The notes under the pieces are model-generated. The model had not been told where the DNA came from, did no database searches, and was given only the letters and a program-made list of their open reading frames with translations. From contig CAXXFF010000004.1 of the NCBI GenBank assembly GCA_963676835.2, positions 448,001 to 512,000 of the forward strand: a stretch of 64,000 bases of DNA. The letters run 5' to 3'. The DNA comes from Marispirochaeta sp. Its GTDB lineage: Bacteria; Spirochaetota; Spirochaetia; JC444; Marispirochaetaceae. The first letter of the stretch is position 1. The number at the start of each line of letters is the position of its first letter. Shown here piece after piece: positions 47,721 through 57,274 of the stretch. A program made the position numbers and the translations under genes.

Positions 47721-49634
47721 ATGCCGGCTTTCGAGATATTCGGAAACATACTGGTCCCGGCGCTGTCCGGGATTATCCTCTTTATCTATTTCCTCTACTT
47801 TTCCCTTATAGAGGAATCGAAAACCAGCTCCATCCGGTACTTCACCATTTTTCTTATTTCCTTCGGGCTGTTTCTGTTCGGCAGACCCGTTCAGATACTC
47901 TCCGGCGGGTATCCGGTTCCCCTTGTTATCAATAACATCAGAACATTCCTGTACTGCACCATAACAATCCCCATGGTTATTCTGGCGGATTTCGCCCGCC
48001 CCGAAAGAAACCGGAGACCCCGGGTCTGGCCGCTGTTTTTGACCGGCACCGTGGTGGGTGTTATCTACGGAATATTCAACTCCCTGACAACCACCGGTGC
48101 AGAGGTGATATTCACCATCGGCAGCCTGGAAGTTTTTGACTCCGTAACGCCAAGCTTTACCCCCCCCTTCTACGGCAGAGAGGTTACTACCGGTATCTAT
48201 ATGATGCTGGCAGTTATTCTTTTGATAGACTCCATCAGCAAGATTGTACGTGCAAGAAGGTACCGGGGAGACGGGAATGTAAACCTGAAAATGGTGTATT
48301 TGTACAACACGGGAAAACTGGTCTTTGCCTTTACCTTTTTCTGCGGTGCACTGGTACATATGTGGTGGATCTATTATGTAGGTGCCCTTGTGAGCGTTAC
48401 ATTTCTCGGCTACGGCGTAGCCCTGGATATCCGGGAAAACCGAAAAAGAATGCAGCAGGTTGTCGCCTATATCCGGGAGGATCTTATACAGGACCTCTCT
48501 CTGGATGTGCAGATACATCAGCAGGTAGCCGATATGCTGAAGCTCCTCCATATACCGGAAGAAATAAACACCTTTATTGTACTGAGAGAAAATTTCTCCG
48601 GTAAAAAGTTCGATCTGAACTCCCAGGGCATTAACGATCTCCTCCTGCGGGAGACCTCCGGTGTTCTGGATAGAATCCTCGGGGTAAATCAGTACATCCT
48701 GATGCATATAGGCACCGACATGCTCGGGATATGCCTCTATATTAATACCGGAGGGGACACCTCCCGAAGTGAAACTATCCGCATCTGTGAAACCCTGAAA
48801 AATTCGGTGAATGTGCTTAAGAACTTTGACTTTGGAATCGGCCGGACCTGCGCCGGACTGGAGGATCTTAAAAGCTCCTACCATGAAGCGGTCACCGCAG
48901 TGGAGTACGCCAACCGTATTGAGGGCGGGCAGGTTATCCATATTACCGATATTCAGGACGAAGAGCCCCGCCGGGAGTATCCTCAGAAAGAAAAGAACGC
49001 GTTTCTCACAGCAATCCGCATGGGAGACGGATCAAAAGCACAGGAGCAGCTGAAGCAGCTTATAAGCCGCCTTTTCAATTACGGGAGTGAAACAGATAAA
49101 CTGCAGAAAGTCCGTACCTATGAACTGCTGGGTACCATGATTGAATCTGCCATTGCCGGGGGCGGCGACGTGGACGACCTGCTGGAGCTCAGCGAAAAGC
49201 TGTTTTTTGAGTCGGCGATTGTCCGCAGCCAGGGACAGCTTCTGGAGTGGCTGAAATCCAGAACGGAAGATATTATCCATATAGTTTCCCGTTCCCACTC
49301 AAATCGATCAAAAAATCTGGTAGTAAAGGCAAAAGAGTATATGAACGAACACTTTGCAGAAGCCATTTCGGTGAGCGATGTTGCCGAGGCCGTCTGTATA
49401 AGCGAATCCTATTTTAAGACGATATTTAAAAAAAGCAGCGGGTACTCCTATTCGGAATATCTGACAACAGTGCGTATAAATCAGGCCAAAAACCTTCTGA
49501 ACAGAACGGAAAAATCAGTAACCGAGATAGCCCTGGATGTGGGATATCAAACCCCTAACTCCTTCAGCTCACTGTTTAAAAGAGAAACCGGAATGACCCC
49601 TACCCAGTGGAAAAACAGCCAGAAACCGGTGTAA
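47721..49634 (+). CDS. Membrane-anchored AraC-family regulator (about 7 TM helices, central CdaR/GGDEF-like domain, AraC HTH)
   Basis: Hydrophobic N-terminal ~235 aa; FGIGR...LKSSYHEAVTAV; C-terminal VSDVAEAVCISESYF, RINQAKNLL, IALDVGY..PNSFSSLFKRETGMTP. Confidence 0.9.
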   Translation: MPAFEIFGNILVPALSGIILFIYFLYFSLIEESKTSSIRYFTIFLISFGLFLFGRPVQILSGGYPVPLVINNIRTFLYCTITIPMVILADFARPERNRRPRVWPLFLTGTVVGVIYGIFNSLTTTGAEVIFTIGSLEVFDSVTPSFTPPFYGREVTTGIYMMLAVILLIDSISKIVRARRYRGDGNVNLKMVYLYNTGKLVFAFTFFCGALVHMWWIYYVGALVSVTFLGYGVALDIRENRKRMQQVVAYIREDLIQDLSLDVQIHQQVADMLKLLHIPEEINTFIVLRENFSGKKFDLNSQGINDLLLRETSGVLDRILGVNQYILMHIGTDMLGICLYINTGGDTSRSETIRICETLKNSVNVLKNFDFGIGRTCAGLEDLKSSYHEAVTAVEYANRIEGGQVIHITDIQDEEPRREYPQKEKNAFLTAIRMGDGSKAQEQLKQLISRLFNYGSETDKLQKVRTYELLGTMIESAIAGGGDVDDLLELSEKLFFESAIVRSQGQLLEWLKSRTEDIIHIVSRSHSNRSKNLVVKAKEYMNEHFAEAISVSDVAEAVCISESYFKTIFKKSSGYSYSEYLTTVRINQAKNLLNRTEKSVTEIALDVGYQTPNSFSSLFKRETGMTPTQWKNSQKPV

Positions 49635-49648
49635 AAAGCCTCCCATTC

Positions 49649-49752
49649 ATACAATTGCATATGTTTAAAGCACAACCGCATAGCAGATAAATACAATTCC
49701 GTACATTTTCAGGATCTTCCATAGAGCGTGTTCACCGGACCCATCCTACCAT
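49649..49752 (+). promoter_or_regulatory. AraC-type operator (21-bp-phased direct repeats) and -10 element of the TRAP operon
   Basis: ATACAATTGCATA (49649), GCACAACCGCATA (49670), ATACAATTCCGTA (49691), weak fourth copy at 49711; TACCAT at 49747. Confidence 0.65.
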
Positions 49753-49807
49753 TTTACCTGTCAATTGATATGAAATTATCATGCGGCAAAATTAAAGGAG
49801 GATTCCT

Positions 49808-50833
49808 GTGAAAAAAAGAATCGTATTACTTTCTGTTGTTTTCCTGATGATCGCGGCCTTTGCCTGGTCCAACGGCCAGAGTGACAGCGGAGCAGCTGCT
49901 GAGGGAGGAAAAAAGAGCTATACCTTCAAGTTTGCTGAGCTTAATCCCAAAGACCATATTATGGAGCAGGTGGATTCCAAGTTTGCAGAACTGGTGTATG
50001 AGAAAACCGATGGACGTATAAAAATTGAGGTTTTCCCTGCCGGTCAGTTAGGCGACGAAAAGACCATGTATCAGTCTCTTCAGATGGGCGGCGGTGCAAT
50101 CGATATGTGCCGGGGAAATACCAACTCCCTCGGTGATTTCGGTGTAAAAAAGCTGAACCTCTTCGGTCTTCCCTTTATTTTCAGGGACCGGGCGCACCTG
50201 TGGAATGTACTGAACAGTGAAATCGGTGCTGAATTCCTGAAAGAACCCCAGGAAGCCGGTACCGGCATGGTCGGCCTCTTCTACCTCGATGAAGGTGCCC
50301 GTCATATTTTTACCAAACCCGGGATTGAGGTTAAAAGCGTTGCCGACCTTAAAGGTCTGAAACTGAGGGTACCCACCACCCAGCTGATGAGCGAGACCTT
50401 TCAGGCCCTCGGCGTACAGCCCACCCCCATCAGTTTTGGTGAGCTTTATTCCGCCCTTCAGGCAGGAACAGTAGACGGCGCGGAACAGCCCTACTCCGGT
50501 TATTATTCCAATAACTTTTATGAAGTTGCTCCTAACTATGTTCTTTCGGGACATACCTACAGCCCCTCCATTGTTCTTATGAGCGAAGCAGTATTCAGCA
50601 AGCTGGATGCGGAAGACCAGGCCATTATTATGCAGGCAGGAAAAGAAGCCGAGCAGTATAACCGCGCATCCATTGAGAAACTGGATGGTGAACTGATCGA
50701 CAAGATCCGGGCTGCGGGAGCAAAGGTTTCCGAAGTTCCCGACAAGGCAGCCTACGTGGAACTGGCAAAACCGGTTGTCCTGAAATACATCAAGGGGCTT
50801 GAAAGTTACTACGAAGCAATCCTTGCCAAGTAA
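49808..50833 (+). CDS. dctP: TRAP transporter substrate-binding protein
   Basis: FPAGQLG, KLRVP, GTVDGAEQ, FYEVAP; AAGGAGG SD before GTG. Confidence 0.93.
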   Translation: MKKRIVLLSVVFLMIAAFAWSNGQSDSGAAAEGGKKSYTFKFAELNPKDHIMEQVDSKFAELVYEKTDGRIKIEVFPAGQLGDEKTMYQSLQMGGGAIDMCRGNTNSLGDFGVKKLNLFGLPFIFRDRAHLWNVLNSEIGAEFLKEPQEAGTGMVGLFYLDEGARHIFTKPGIEVKSVADLKGLKLRVPTTQLMSETFQALGVQPTPISFGELYSALQAGTVDGAEQPYSGYYSNNFYEVAPNYVLSGHTYSPSIVLMSEAVFSKLDAEDQAIIMQAGKEAEQYNRASIEKLDGELIDKIRAAGAKVSEVPDKAAYVELAKPVVLKYIKGLESYYEAILAK

Positions 50834-50863
50834 GCAGGAAAAGCTTGCGAATGCTTTTCTTAA

Positions 50864-50891
50864 GGAGCCGAAGCTTAACTGCTTCGGCTCC
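50864..50891 (+). terminator. Intercistronic stem-loop after dctP
   Basis: Perfect 11-bp stem GGAGCCGAAGC/GCTTCGGCTCC with a weak U-tract. Confidence 0.6.
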
Positions 50892-50908
50892 GTTCTTGAG
50901 GAGTTGAA

Positions 50909-51484
50909 ATGAAAGCAGTCAAGAAGTTTTTCGATATTGTTTACTGGATTCTGCTTACCATAGGAAAGATTGGATTTATCGGGATGGTTGCAATAACATC
51001 CTGGGTTATTATAAACCGCTACTTCATTAAATCACCGATGTCCTGGGGCGAGCCGGTGGTGCTCATGTTTATGGTGTACATGTCGCTGATCAGCGCTGCG
51101 CTGGCAATACGCAAGGATGCTCATATCCGCATGCAGATCATAGATTTTCTTGTACCCGACAAGGTGATGCCGGTTATTCGGGCATTCGGACAGATTCTCA
51201 TATTCGGATTCGGTCTGTTTCTGCTTATTTACGGCATAAAATTTACCCATATCGCAGCACGGAACATTATTACCGGTATGACCATAAAATCCAGCTGGCT
51301 GTTTATGGCCGGCCCGATCTCCGGAGGAGCAATAGTTTTGATGGAACTGGAGCGTTTTATCAATTTCTGGCATCGGATTTACACGGGAGAACGGCTGCAT
51401 GTGGGTAAAGGTCTGGAAGAAGAGGCGGAAGCCCTTATAGAAGAGGCAACCGGCACCATAAAACGAAGTGAGGATGTGCAGTAA
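50909..51484 (+). CDS. dctQ: TRAP transporter small permease
   Basis: 4 TM helices; IINRY, SWGEP, AHIRM. Confidence 0.9.
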   Translation: MKAVKKFFDIVYWILLTIGKIGFIGMVAITSWVIINRYFIKSPMSWGEPVVLMFMVYMSLISAALAIRKDAHIRMQIIDFLVPDKVMPVIRAFGQILIFGFGLFLLIYGIKFTHIAARNIITGMTIKSSWLFMAGPISGGAIVLMELERFINFWHRIYTGERLHVGKGLEEEAEALIEEATGTIKRSEDVQ

Positions 51485-52794
51485 TGGATCAGAATACAAC
51501 AGCCACAGCGATCCTGGTGGGATCTTTTTTTGTGTTTCTTATATTACGTGTACCTATCGCATTCGCCATAGGGGTATCGAGTATTATTACCGTACTCTTT
51601 TTGGGGCTTCCGATAATGCAGATAGCCCAGCTTATGGTCAAAGGGGTTAATGTCTACACCCTTATGGCTGTACCGTTTTTTATTATTGCCGGCGAGCTCA
51701 TGGGTGCCGGGGGGATTTCCAACCGGCTGATAAAACTCTCCAATGCCATTATCGGATGGATGCGCGGCGGTCTGGCAACAGTTAATGTTATGGCATCCAT
51801 GTTTTTCGGCGGCATCTCCGGATCATCCACAGCAGATACCGCCTCCCTTGGAACAATTCTTATTCCCATGATGGCAGAAGAAGGGTACGACAAGGAGTTT
51901 GCCACCAATATTACCATGGCAAGTTCTGTTCAGGGTTTGCTGATTCCCCCCAGTCATAACATGGTTATGTATGCCATGGTGGCAGGAGGAGTTTCCGTTG
52001 GCCGCCTCTTTCTTGGCGGTATAATTCCGGGGGTATTTCTGGGCATTGCCCTTATGATTTTCAGCTACGTACAGGCGGTTATTCACAAATACCCCAAAGG
52101 CGATGCATTCAATTTTGCTAATCTGTTCAGAACCCTTGCAGACTCAATCTGGGGTCTGATAACCGTTATGATTGTTGTAGTGGGAGTAGTAAGCGGGATC
52201 TTCACCGCCACCGAATCTGCCGCCATTGCCGTGGTATGGGCAATCCTTGTGGGGATAATAGTATACCGGGAACTGACGCCGAAGAAAATCTGGCAGCTCA
52301 TGGAACGGTCCCTCAATACCCTGGCCATAGTCATGATCTTAATCTCCACCTCCCAGGTTTTCGGCTGGTTATTAACTTATCTGCATATGCCGGAACTGGT
52401 TGCCAAGGGGATTCTCAGCCTGACCCAGAATAAAATTGTTATAATGATTATTCTCAACGGCATTATGCTTGTATTAGGTACTATCATGGATATGTCTGCA
52501 ATCATCCTGGTTGCAACCCCCATACTTCTGCCCATTGCAGTTACCATAGGCATGGATCCGGTCCACTTCGGTGTGGTTATGATTCTGAACCTTGGAATCG
52601 GCCTTATTACCCCGCCTGTGGGAGGAACCCTGTTTGTCGGGTCTGCCGTGTCGGGTGTACCCATTGAGAAACTGGTGCGCAAACTGCTTCCGTTTTTCAT
52701 GATCATGATTGCCGTACTGCTGATTATTTCCTACGTACCGGGAATTGTAATGTATCTTCCCAACAAGCTTATGCCCCTGGTTACAGGAAGCTGA
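51484..52794 (+). CDS. dctM: TRAP transporter large permease
   Basis: AVPFFIIAGELM, FGGISGSSTAD, LIPPSH, FTATES, DPVHFG, TPPVG. Confidence 0.95.
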   Translation: MDQNTTATAILVGSFFVFLILRVPIAFAIGVSSIITVLFLGLPIMQIAQLMVKGVNVYTLMAVPFFIIAGELMGAGGISNRLIKLSNAIIGWMRGGLATVNVMASMFFGGISGSSTADTASLGTILIPMMAEEGYDKEFATNITMASSVQGLLIPPSHNMVMYAMVAGGVSVGRLFLGGIIPGVFLGIALMIFSYVQAVIHKYPKGDAFNFANLFRTLADSIWGLITVMIVVVGVVSGIFTATESAAIAVVWAILVGIIVYRELTPKKIWQLMERSLNTLAIVMILISTSQVFGWLLTYLHMPELVAKGILSLTQNKIVIMIILNGIMLVLGTIMDMSAIILVATPILLPIAVTIGMDPVHFGVVMILNLGIGLITPPVGGTLFVGSAVSGVPIEKLVRKLLPFFMIMIAVLLIISYVPGIVMYLPNKLMPLVTGS

Positions 52795-52865
52795 TTCCCC
52801 ATTACGGATACGGAAGTGGAATGGAGTGGAGTGGCGTGGAGAAGAGTGAAAAGGTTGAGTGCCGG

Positions 52866-53663
52866 ATGAATACCAATAAGAGTTATCCGGATTTTCTTAA
52901 GACTTTTCCGGATGTTCCGGATGCAAAAGGCAACGTAATTATCTGTCCCGGCGGCGGATATCAGATACTTTCACCAAGGGAGTCTGATCCTGTGGCGGCG
53001 GCTTTTGCAGCCCGCGGGTGGCAGCCTTTTGTGCTCCATTATCCGGTGAAAGATAAGCACCGGTCCACTCCTCTCTTTTCCGAGCCCCTGCTGGCGCTGG
53101 GGAAAGCCGTTTCCGAACTGAGGGCTTGCAGTTCTGCCCGTCTAACGGTCTGCGGATTTTCCGCCGGAGGGCATCTGGCCGCCTCTCTCGGAGTACACTG
53201 GCGGGACCTGGACAGCCAGTTCGGTGCAAATGTACACCTGCATCCCCGGCATACCTCCTGCCGTCCGGATGGGGTAATTCTCTCATATCCGGTAATCTCC
53301 ATGATAACCAAATTCCATAATGGATCCATGGAGAATCTTACCGGGGGAAGTGGCCCTATGCGTGAGTATTTCTCCCTGGAAAATCAGGTCAGCTCCGACA
53401 CAGTACCGGTGTTCCTCTGGCATACCGCAGAAGACAGCGAGGTATCTGTAGAAAACTCCCTGATGTTTTTTTCCGCCCTTGATAAACTGGGGATCAGCGT
53501 GGAAATGCATATTTTTCCCAGGGGAGTTCACGGCTTATCCCTGGCAACACCGGAGGTAGACCAGCCTGAAAAAAACCGCTTTTCCAACCCTCATGTGGCA
53601 CAGTGGTTCAGCCTTGCCCTTGAGTGGCTCGATGAAATTCCTGAAAATTCTTTAAAAGGTTAG
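52866..53663 (+). CDS. Alpha/beta-hydrolase, carbohydrate acetyl-esterase-like
   Basis: IICPGGGY oxyanion loop, GFSAGGH nucleophile, WHTAED, GVHG; start could alternatively be 52821. Confidence 0.85.
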   Translation: MNTNKSYPDFLKTFPDVPDAKGNVIICPGGGYQILSPRESDPVAAAFAARGWQPFVLHYPVKDKHRSTPLFSEPLLALGKAVSELRACSSARLTVCGFSAGGHLAASLGVHWRDLDSQFGANVHLHPRHTSCRPDGVILSYPVISMITKFHNGSMENLTGGSGPMREYFSLENQVSSDTVPVFLWHTAEDSEVSVENSLMFFSALDKLGISVEMHIFPRGVHGLSLATPEVDQPEKNRFSNPHVAQWFSLALEWLDEIPENSLKG

Positions 53664-53667
53664 TTCT

Positions 53668-54804
53668 ATGAAAGATGAATTCAACACATCACTTGCTGAT
53701 TCCCAGGGTACAACAGTCAGCCCTTTGTCCGCAGCGGATTTTGATATTGAAGCGTATGCCGATTATGAGGCATCCCTTCTTGAAGGCTGCAGAAAATTCT
53801 GGCAGTCCAGGGAGGGAATTGCCGTATACCGCCGCTTCAGGGTTCCGGAAGTGTTCTCCTGGGCCAGCCGCGACATGAAACTCTCCCTGGAACTCCAGCT
53901 GGCGGGATTACAGAAAAGCATGGCTTATGCCGCTGATATTCCCAATTTTCTGGAGCCATGGTACGGCATAGGCGCTGTTGCCGGTGCATTCGGAGTTCCC
54001 TACATCTGGAAAGAGGGGCAGGCCCCGGCAGTGGAAGGGCCATTTATGTCTGCAAAAGATGCCCTGGAAAACGAGGTCTCCACAGTGGCGGAGAGTCCGG
54101 AAGGAAGACATACCCTTGAGATGATAGAGTATTTTCTTGACCGGACAAAAGGAAGAATTCCCCTCAGTCCGGCAGACATTCAGTCACCCTTAAATATAAC
54201 CTCCTCCTATCTTTTAAACTCCACAGCCTTTATGTATGAGCTTTTTGACCATCCGGAAGATCTTATGAGTCTGATTAACAGGGTGGCAGAACTGGAAAGG
54301 GAATTTCTTGATGAGCAGCTTAAACTTATAGGTGATGCACTGGTAAAGCCAGGGCACGGCTTTGCATCTGCCCGAGCTTTCGATGGAATCGGATTCAGTG
54401 ATGACAACATCCTGATGTTCAGCGATAGGGAATACAGCAGCTACGGCATAACATCAATGCAGAGTGCAGCACAATCCTTTGAAGGCCCTGTGTTTCATTC
54501 CTGCGGCGACTGGTCCGGACGCTCGGAGCTGGTAAAATCAATCCCTGCCCTGATTATGGCCGATGGGGCTGTGGGAAAGCAGACAGACCCTTCTCCAAAC
54601 AATCCGGAGCTTCTGGGAAAGGCATTTGCCGGAACAGGAATTGTACTGCATGTGAGAATTGTCGGCTCGTCGGATACGGTTCTTCAGTATTATGATCTGC
54701 TTAAACAGGAAGAGCTGAAGTGCATAATTACCACCTATTGTGACACTCCGGAAGATCAGGCAATTGTATATCGTGGAATTCATGAAAGAGCCGCAGCCGG
54801 CTGA
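53668..54804 (+). CDS. Uroporphyrinogen decarboxylase/cobalamin-dependent methyltransferase (URO-D/MtaA) superfamily protein
   Basis: DIQSPLN, MYELFDHPE, GFSDD, FHSCG (HxC zinc-type motif). Confidence 0.72.
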   Translation: MKDEFNTSLADSQGTTVSPLSAADFDIEAYADYEASLLEGCRKFWQSREGIAVYRRFRVPEVFSWASRDMKLSLELQLAGLQKSMAYAADIPNFLEPWYGIGAVAGAFGVPYIWKEGQAPAVEGPFMSAKDALENEVSTVAESPEGRHTLEMIEYFLDRTKGRIPLSPADIQSPLNITSSYLLNSTAFMYELFDHPEDLMSLINRVAELEREFLDEQLKLIGDALVKPGHGFASARAFDGIGFSDDNILMFSDREYSSYGITSMQSAAQSFEGPVFHSCGDWSGRSELVKSIPALIMADGAVGKQTDPSPNNPELLGKAFAGTGIVLHVRIVGSSDTVLQYYDLLKQEELKCIITTYCDTPEDQAIVYRGIHERAAAG

Positions 54805-54962
54805 TGCCGGAGTGGAGAACCTTGAACCTGAAGAGTGCATGACAATTCCCGCATACATTATGCCCTCATACTAAAATGAAAGAGGCTGCCTGTTAATAGA
54901 CAGCCCTTCAACCTATATCAGTAGTTATAGAATTGTTTCACCATAAGAACCTGTTAAACACA

Positions 54963-55952
54963 TCAATACAGAAGATAGTCGATTCCATAGCCGCGGTAAA
55001 CAACATCATAAATTGTACGGTCGGGTCCGGAAATATCGCCACTGAGGCTGCTGGCATTGGAATATATTCTCACATACGTTGCACTGTCAGGCCAGGCATA
55101 AAGATTGTCAAAACAGTCAACCATCAGCGAAATAGATTCCGCATCTATTCTTGCTATGGAATCTGTATCAACAGTATATGCTCCGTCCATAGTGGATGCA
55201 TTTTCATAGATAAAAAGATAGTTTCCTGCTGCACTATCGCCGTGATCGCAAGTATATAGCCTGTCGGAATTCGGATCGACCCAAATCGCTGTAGGATCAA
55301 AGTCGTCAGAAAATGTCATGGTCCTGTCTGCTGAAGCAGCTGTAACAAGAGCACTTGCTGAATCAAATACATATATTGCATTTCCTTTTGAAAAATCAGC
55401 ACCCGCATAAAGTCTGTCATTTGTCTCATCAATAAACAGCGACATAACTTCGTATGACAATTCTGCGGACGGAGTTACCCAACCATCAAGGGAGCTTGCA
55501 TCCTTTAATATCCAGATATAATTCATGGCGTCGGAAACGTAGATAATATCTCTTTCAGAATCTACAGCAATGCCCCCTGCAATATTTTCGCCACTAATAC
55601 GGATAGTTCTGTCCGGTGCAATATTGCCCTGAGCGGATTTGATATTCTCAAAAACACTGATTTTTCCGGAATTCCTCAGATACACAACAGCCCTTTTTTT
55701 GTCCACCGCAACAGAATCAATACCCCCGCTGTCTATTGTGGTCTGGTCACCAATTACAGCACGGATTGCTGCACTATCTCCGTCTGTATAGCCCAGGATA
55801 TCGTCGGTAAAAATAAGAGAGTCATCGCCCCAATTACTTGAAACAAGCATTATTTTATCGTTTCCGCCAGAATCTGATGTAGCACCGCCGGTGCATGCGG
55901 TTAAGAAAGTACAGGCACAAAAAATCATTAGCATAAAAATTCGGTACATCAT
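54963..55952 (-). CDS. Lipoprotein with ~5-6 beta-propeller-like repeats
   Basis: Lipobox LTAC; repeated (I/V)xVDxxxDxLY...(I/V)(F/Y)xxASxLxG...DRT. Confidence 0.78.
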   Translation of the reverse strand: MMYRIFMLMIFCACTFLTACTGGATSDSGGNDKIMLVSSNWGDDSLIFTDDILGYTDGDSAAIRAVIGDQTTIDSGGIDSVAVDKKRAVVYLRNSGKISVFENIKSAQGNIAPDRTIRISGENIAGGIAVDSERDIIYVSDAMNYIWILKDASSLDGWVTPSAELSYEVMSLFIDETNDRLYAGADFSKGNAIYVFDSASALVTAASADRTMTFSDDFDPTAIWVDPNSDRLYTCDHGDSAAGNYLFIYENASTMDGAYTVDTDSIARIDAESISLMVDCFDNLYAWPDSATYVRIYSNASSLSGDISGPDRTIYDVVYRGYGIDYLLY

Positions 55953-56142
55953 AGAAGCTCCAATTTCTCATATACTTGGTGTGCAACAGTACACTATTTT
56001 AATTTTTATTTCAAATTACATTAAAAGACTGCATACATACCGGACACTACTATAATCCGCTCACTCCCGGAACATCACACTTTACACAGTTGGAATTATA
56101 TATAGGTAAGTGGATCTAATAGAATGTAGCGGATCAAAAATC

Positions 56143-57120
56143 TTACTCAGAAAACACATTATCCCTTATCTGGGGTTCAACCTCGAAGGCATTTTCCCGG
56201 GTAACCAGTATGGTAGGCACTTCAATTTCAGTTTCAACATCTTCTCCAGCAAGATGCTTTACCATGGTTTCAAGGGCTATCCGTCCCATCCTGACCGGCT
56301 GCTGCATGGAGACTGCCGCCAGAGATCCTTCTTTAAGCAGTCTATACTCTTCCGGGCTGCCGTCAAAACCGACAATTAGGACATCCTCTGTTTTACCCGC
56401 CTGCCTGAGAACCTCAACTGCTGCGATGGAAGCTCCGGTGTATTCCGCGAAAATACCGGTGAGATCGGGATATTTCTGAACCGACTGCCTGACCAGTCTC
56501 AGGGCCTCTTCCACTGAATAATACTGACATTCGACAATATTCTGGATAATCAGACCGCTTCCCTGCAGGGCATCCTGAAACCCGGCGGTTCGCTGCTGGC
56601 CGTTATACCTGTCCTGTGAAATGGCAATTATAACAACAGAGTTTCCGGCCCGCTTTTCAGAGTACAGTACTGATGACATATAGCCGCCTACAGCATTGGC
56701 GCCGCCAAGATTGTTGGACGAGATATACGAAACATACTCCCCGGTTTCAGTACCTATATCGCAGATTACCACCGGAATACCGGCTGCCTCTGCAATAGTA
56801 AGAACATCAGAGCAGGAAACAGTATCGACGGGAGAAAGGATTATGCCGTCTATCTTCTTTTCTACTGCAGTGCGGGCATGTTCGAGCTGTTTGGCCGTAT
56901 TTATACCGGAGTCAAAAACTTCCAGAGAAACTCCTCCGGTACTTTCAGCCGTACTCTGCATACCTTTTAATGCAGCTCTCCAGAACCCTTCTTCGAGGGA
57001 GGGTGTTATATAGACAAGCCGGCGTCTATCCGGTTCCTGTAATGCACTTAAATGATAGAACAGGAGCCCCGCTGCCAGGAGAAGAGCTGAGATTGATATA
57101 CCAATCATTGTTTTCCGCAT
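56143..57120 (-). CDS. RbsB/LacI-type periplasmic sugar-binding protein (no ABC genes adjacent)
   Basis: DGIILSP, GIPVVICD, SNNLGGA, RTAGF, IVGFDG, QQPVRMG. Confidence 0.88.
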   Translation of the reverse strand: MRKTMIGISISALLLAAGLLFYHLSALQEPDRRRLVYITPSLEEGFWRAALKGMQSTAESTGGVSLEVFDSGINTAKQLEHARTAVEKKIDGIILSPVDTVSCSDVLTIAEAAGIPVVICDIGTETGEYVSYISSNNLGGANAVGGYMSSVLYSEKRAGNSVVIIAISQDRYNGQQRTAGFQDALQGSGLIIQNIVECQYYSVEEALRLVRQSVQKYPDLTGIFAEYTGASIAAVEVLRQAGKTEDVLIVGFDGSPEEYRLLKEGSLAAVSMQQPVRMGRIALETMVKHLAGEDVETEIEVPTILVTRENAFEVEPQIRDNVFSE

Positions 57121-57274
57121 CTGTAGTTTCGTTCTTTTGTTCCGATAGAAACAGGATGGTCCTTCAGTGGATGAAAATCAACTGGTTTGAAAATAATACA
57201 GCAGATTCGAGAATACTACAAATTATTTCCCCTAATCAGAGCAGGTGGGGCACTCCTTGCAGGAAATCTCCCGC

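Noticed and set aside
47688..48941. 417-aa minus-strand ORF
   Set aside because: Antisense shadow of the AraC gene; no recognisable domain
52815..52839. Five NNTGG pentamers (AGTGG AATGG AGTGG AGTGG CGTGG)
   Set aside because: Short degenerate microsatellite; too little evidence for a G-quadruplex or any function
53668..54804. Calling this gene hemE
   Set aside because: Lacks the HemE RQAGR motif and is not in a tetrapyrrole gene context
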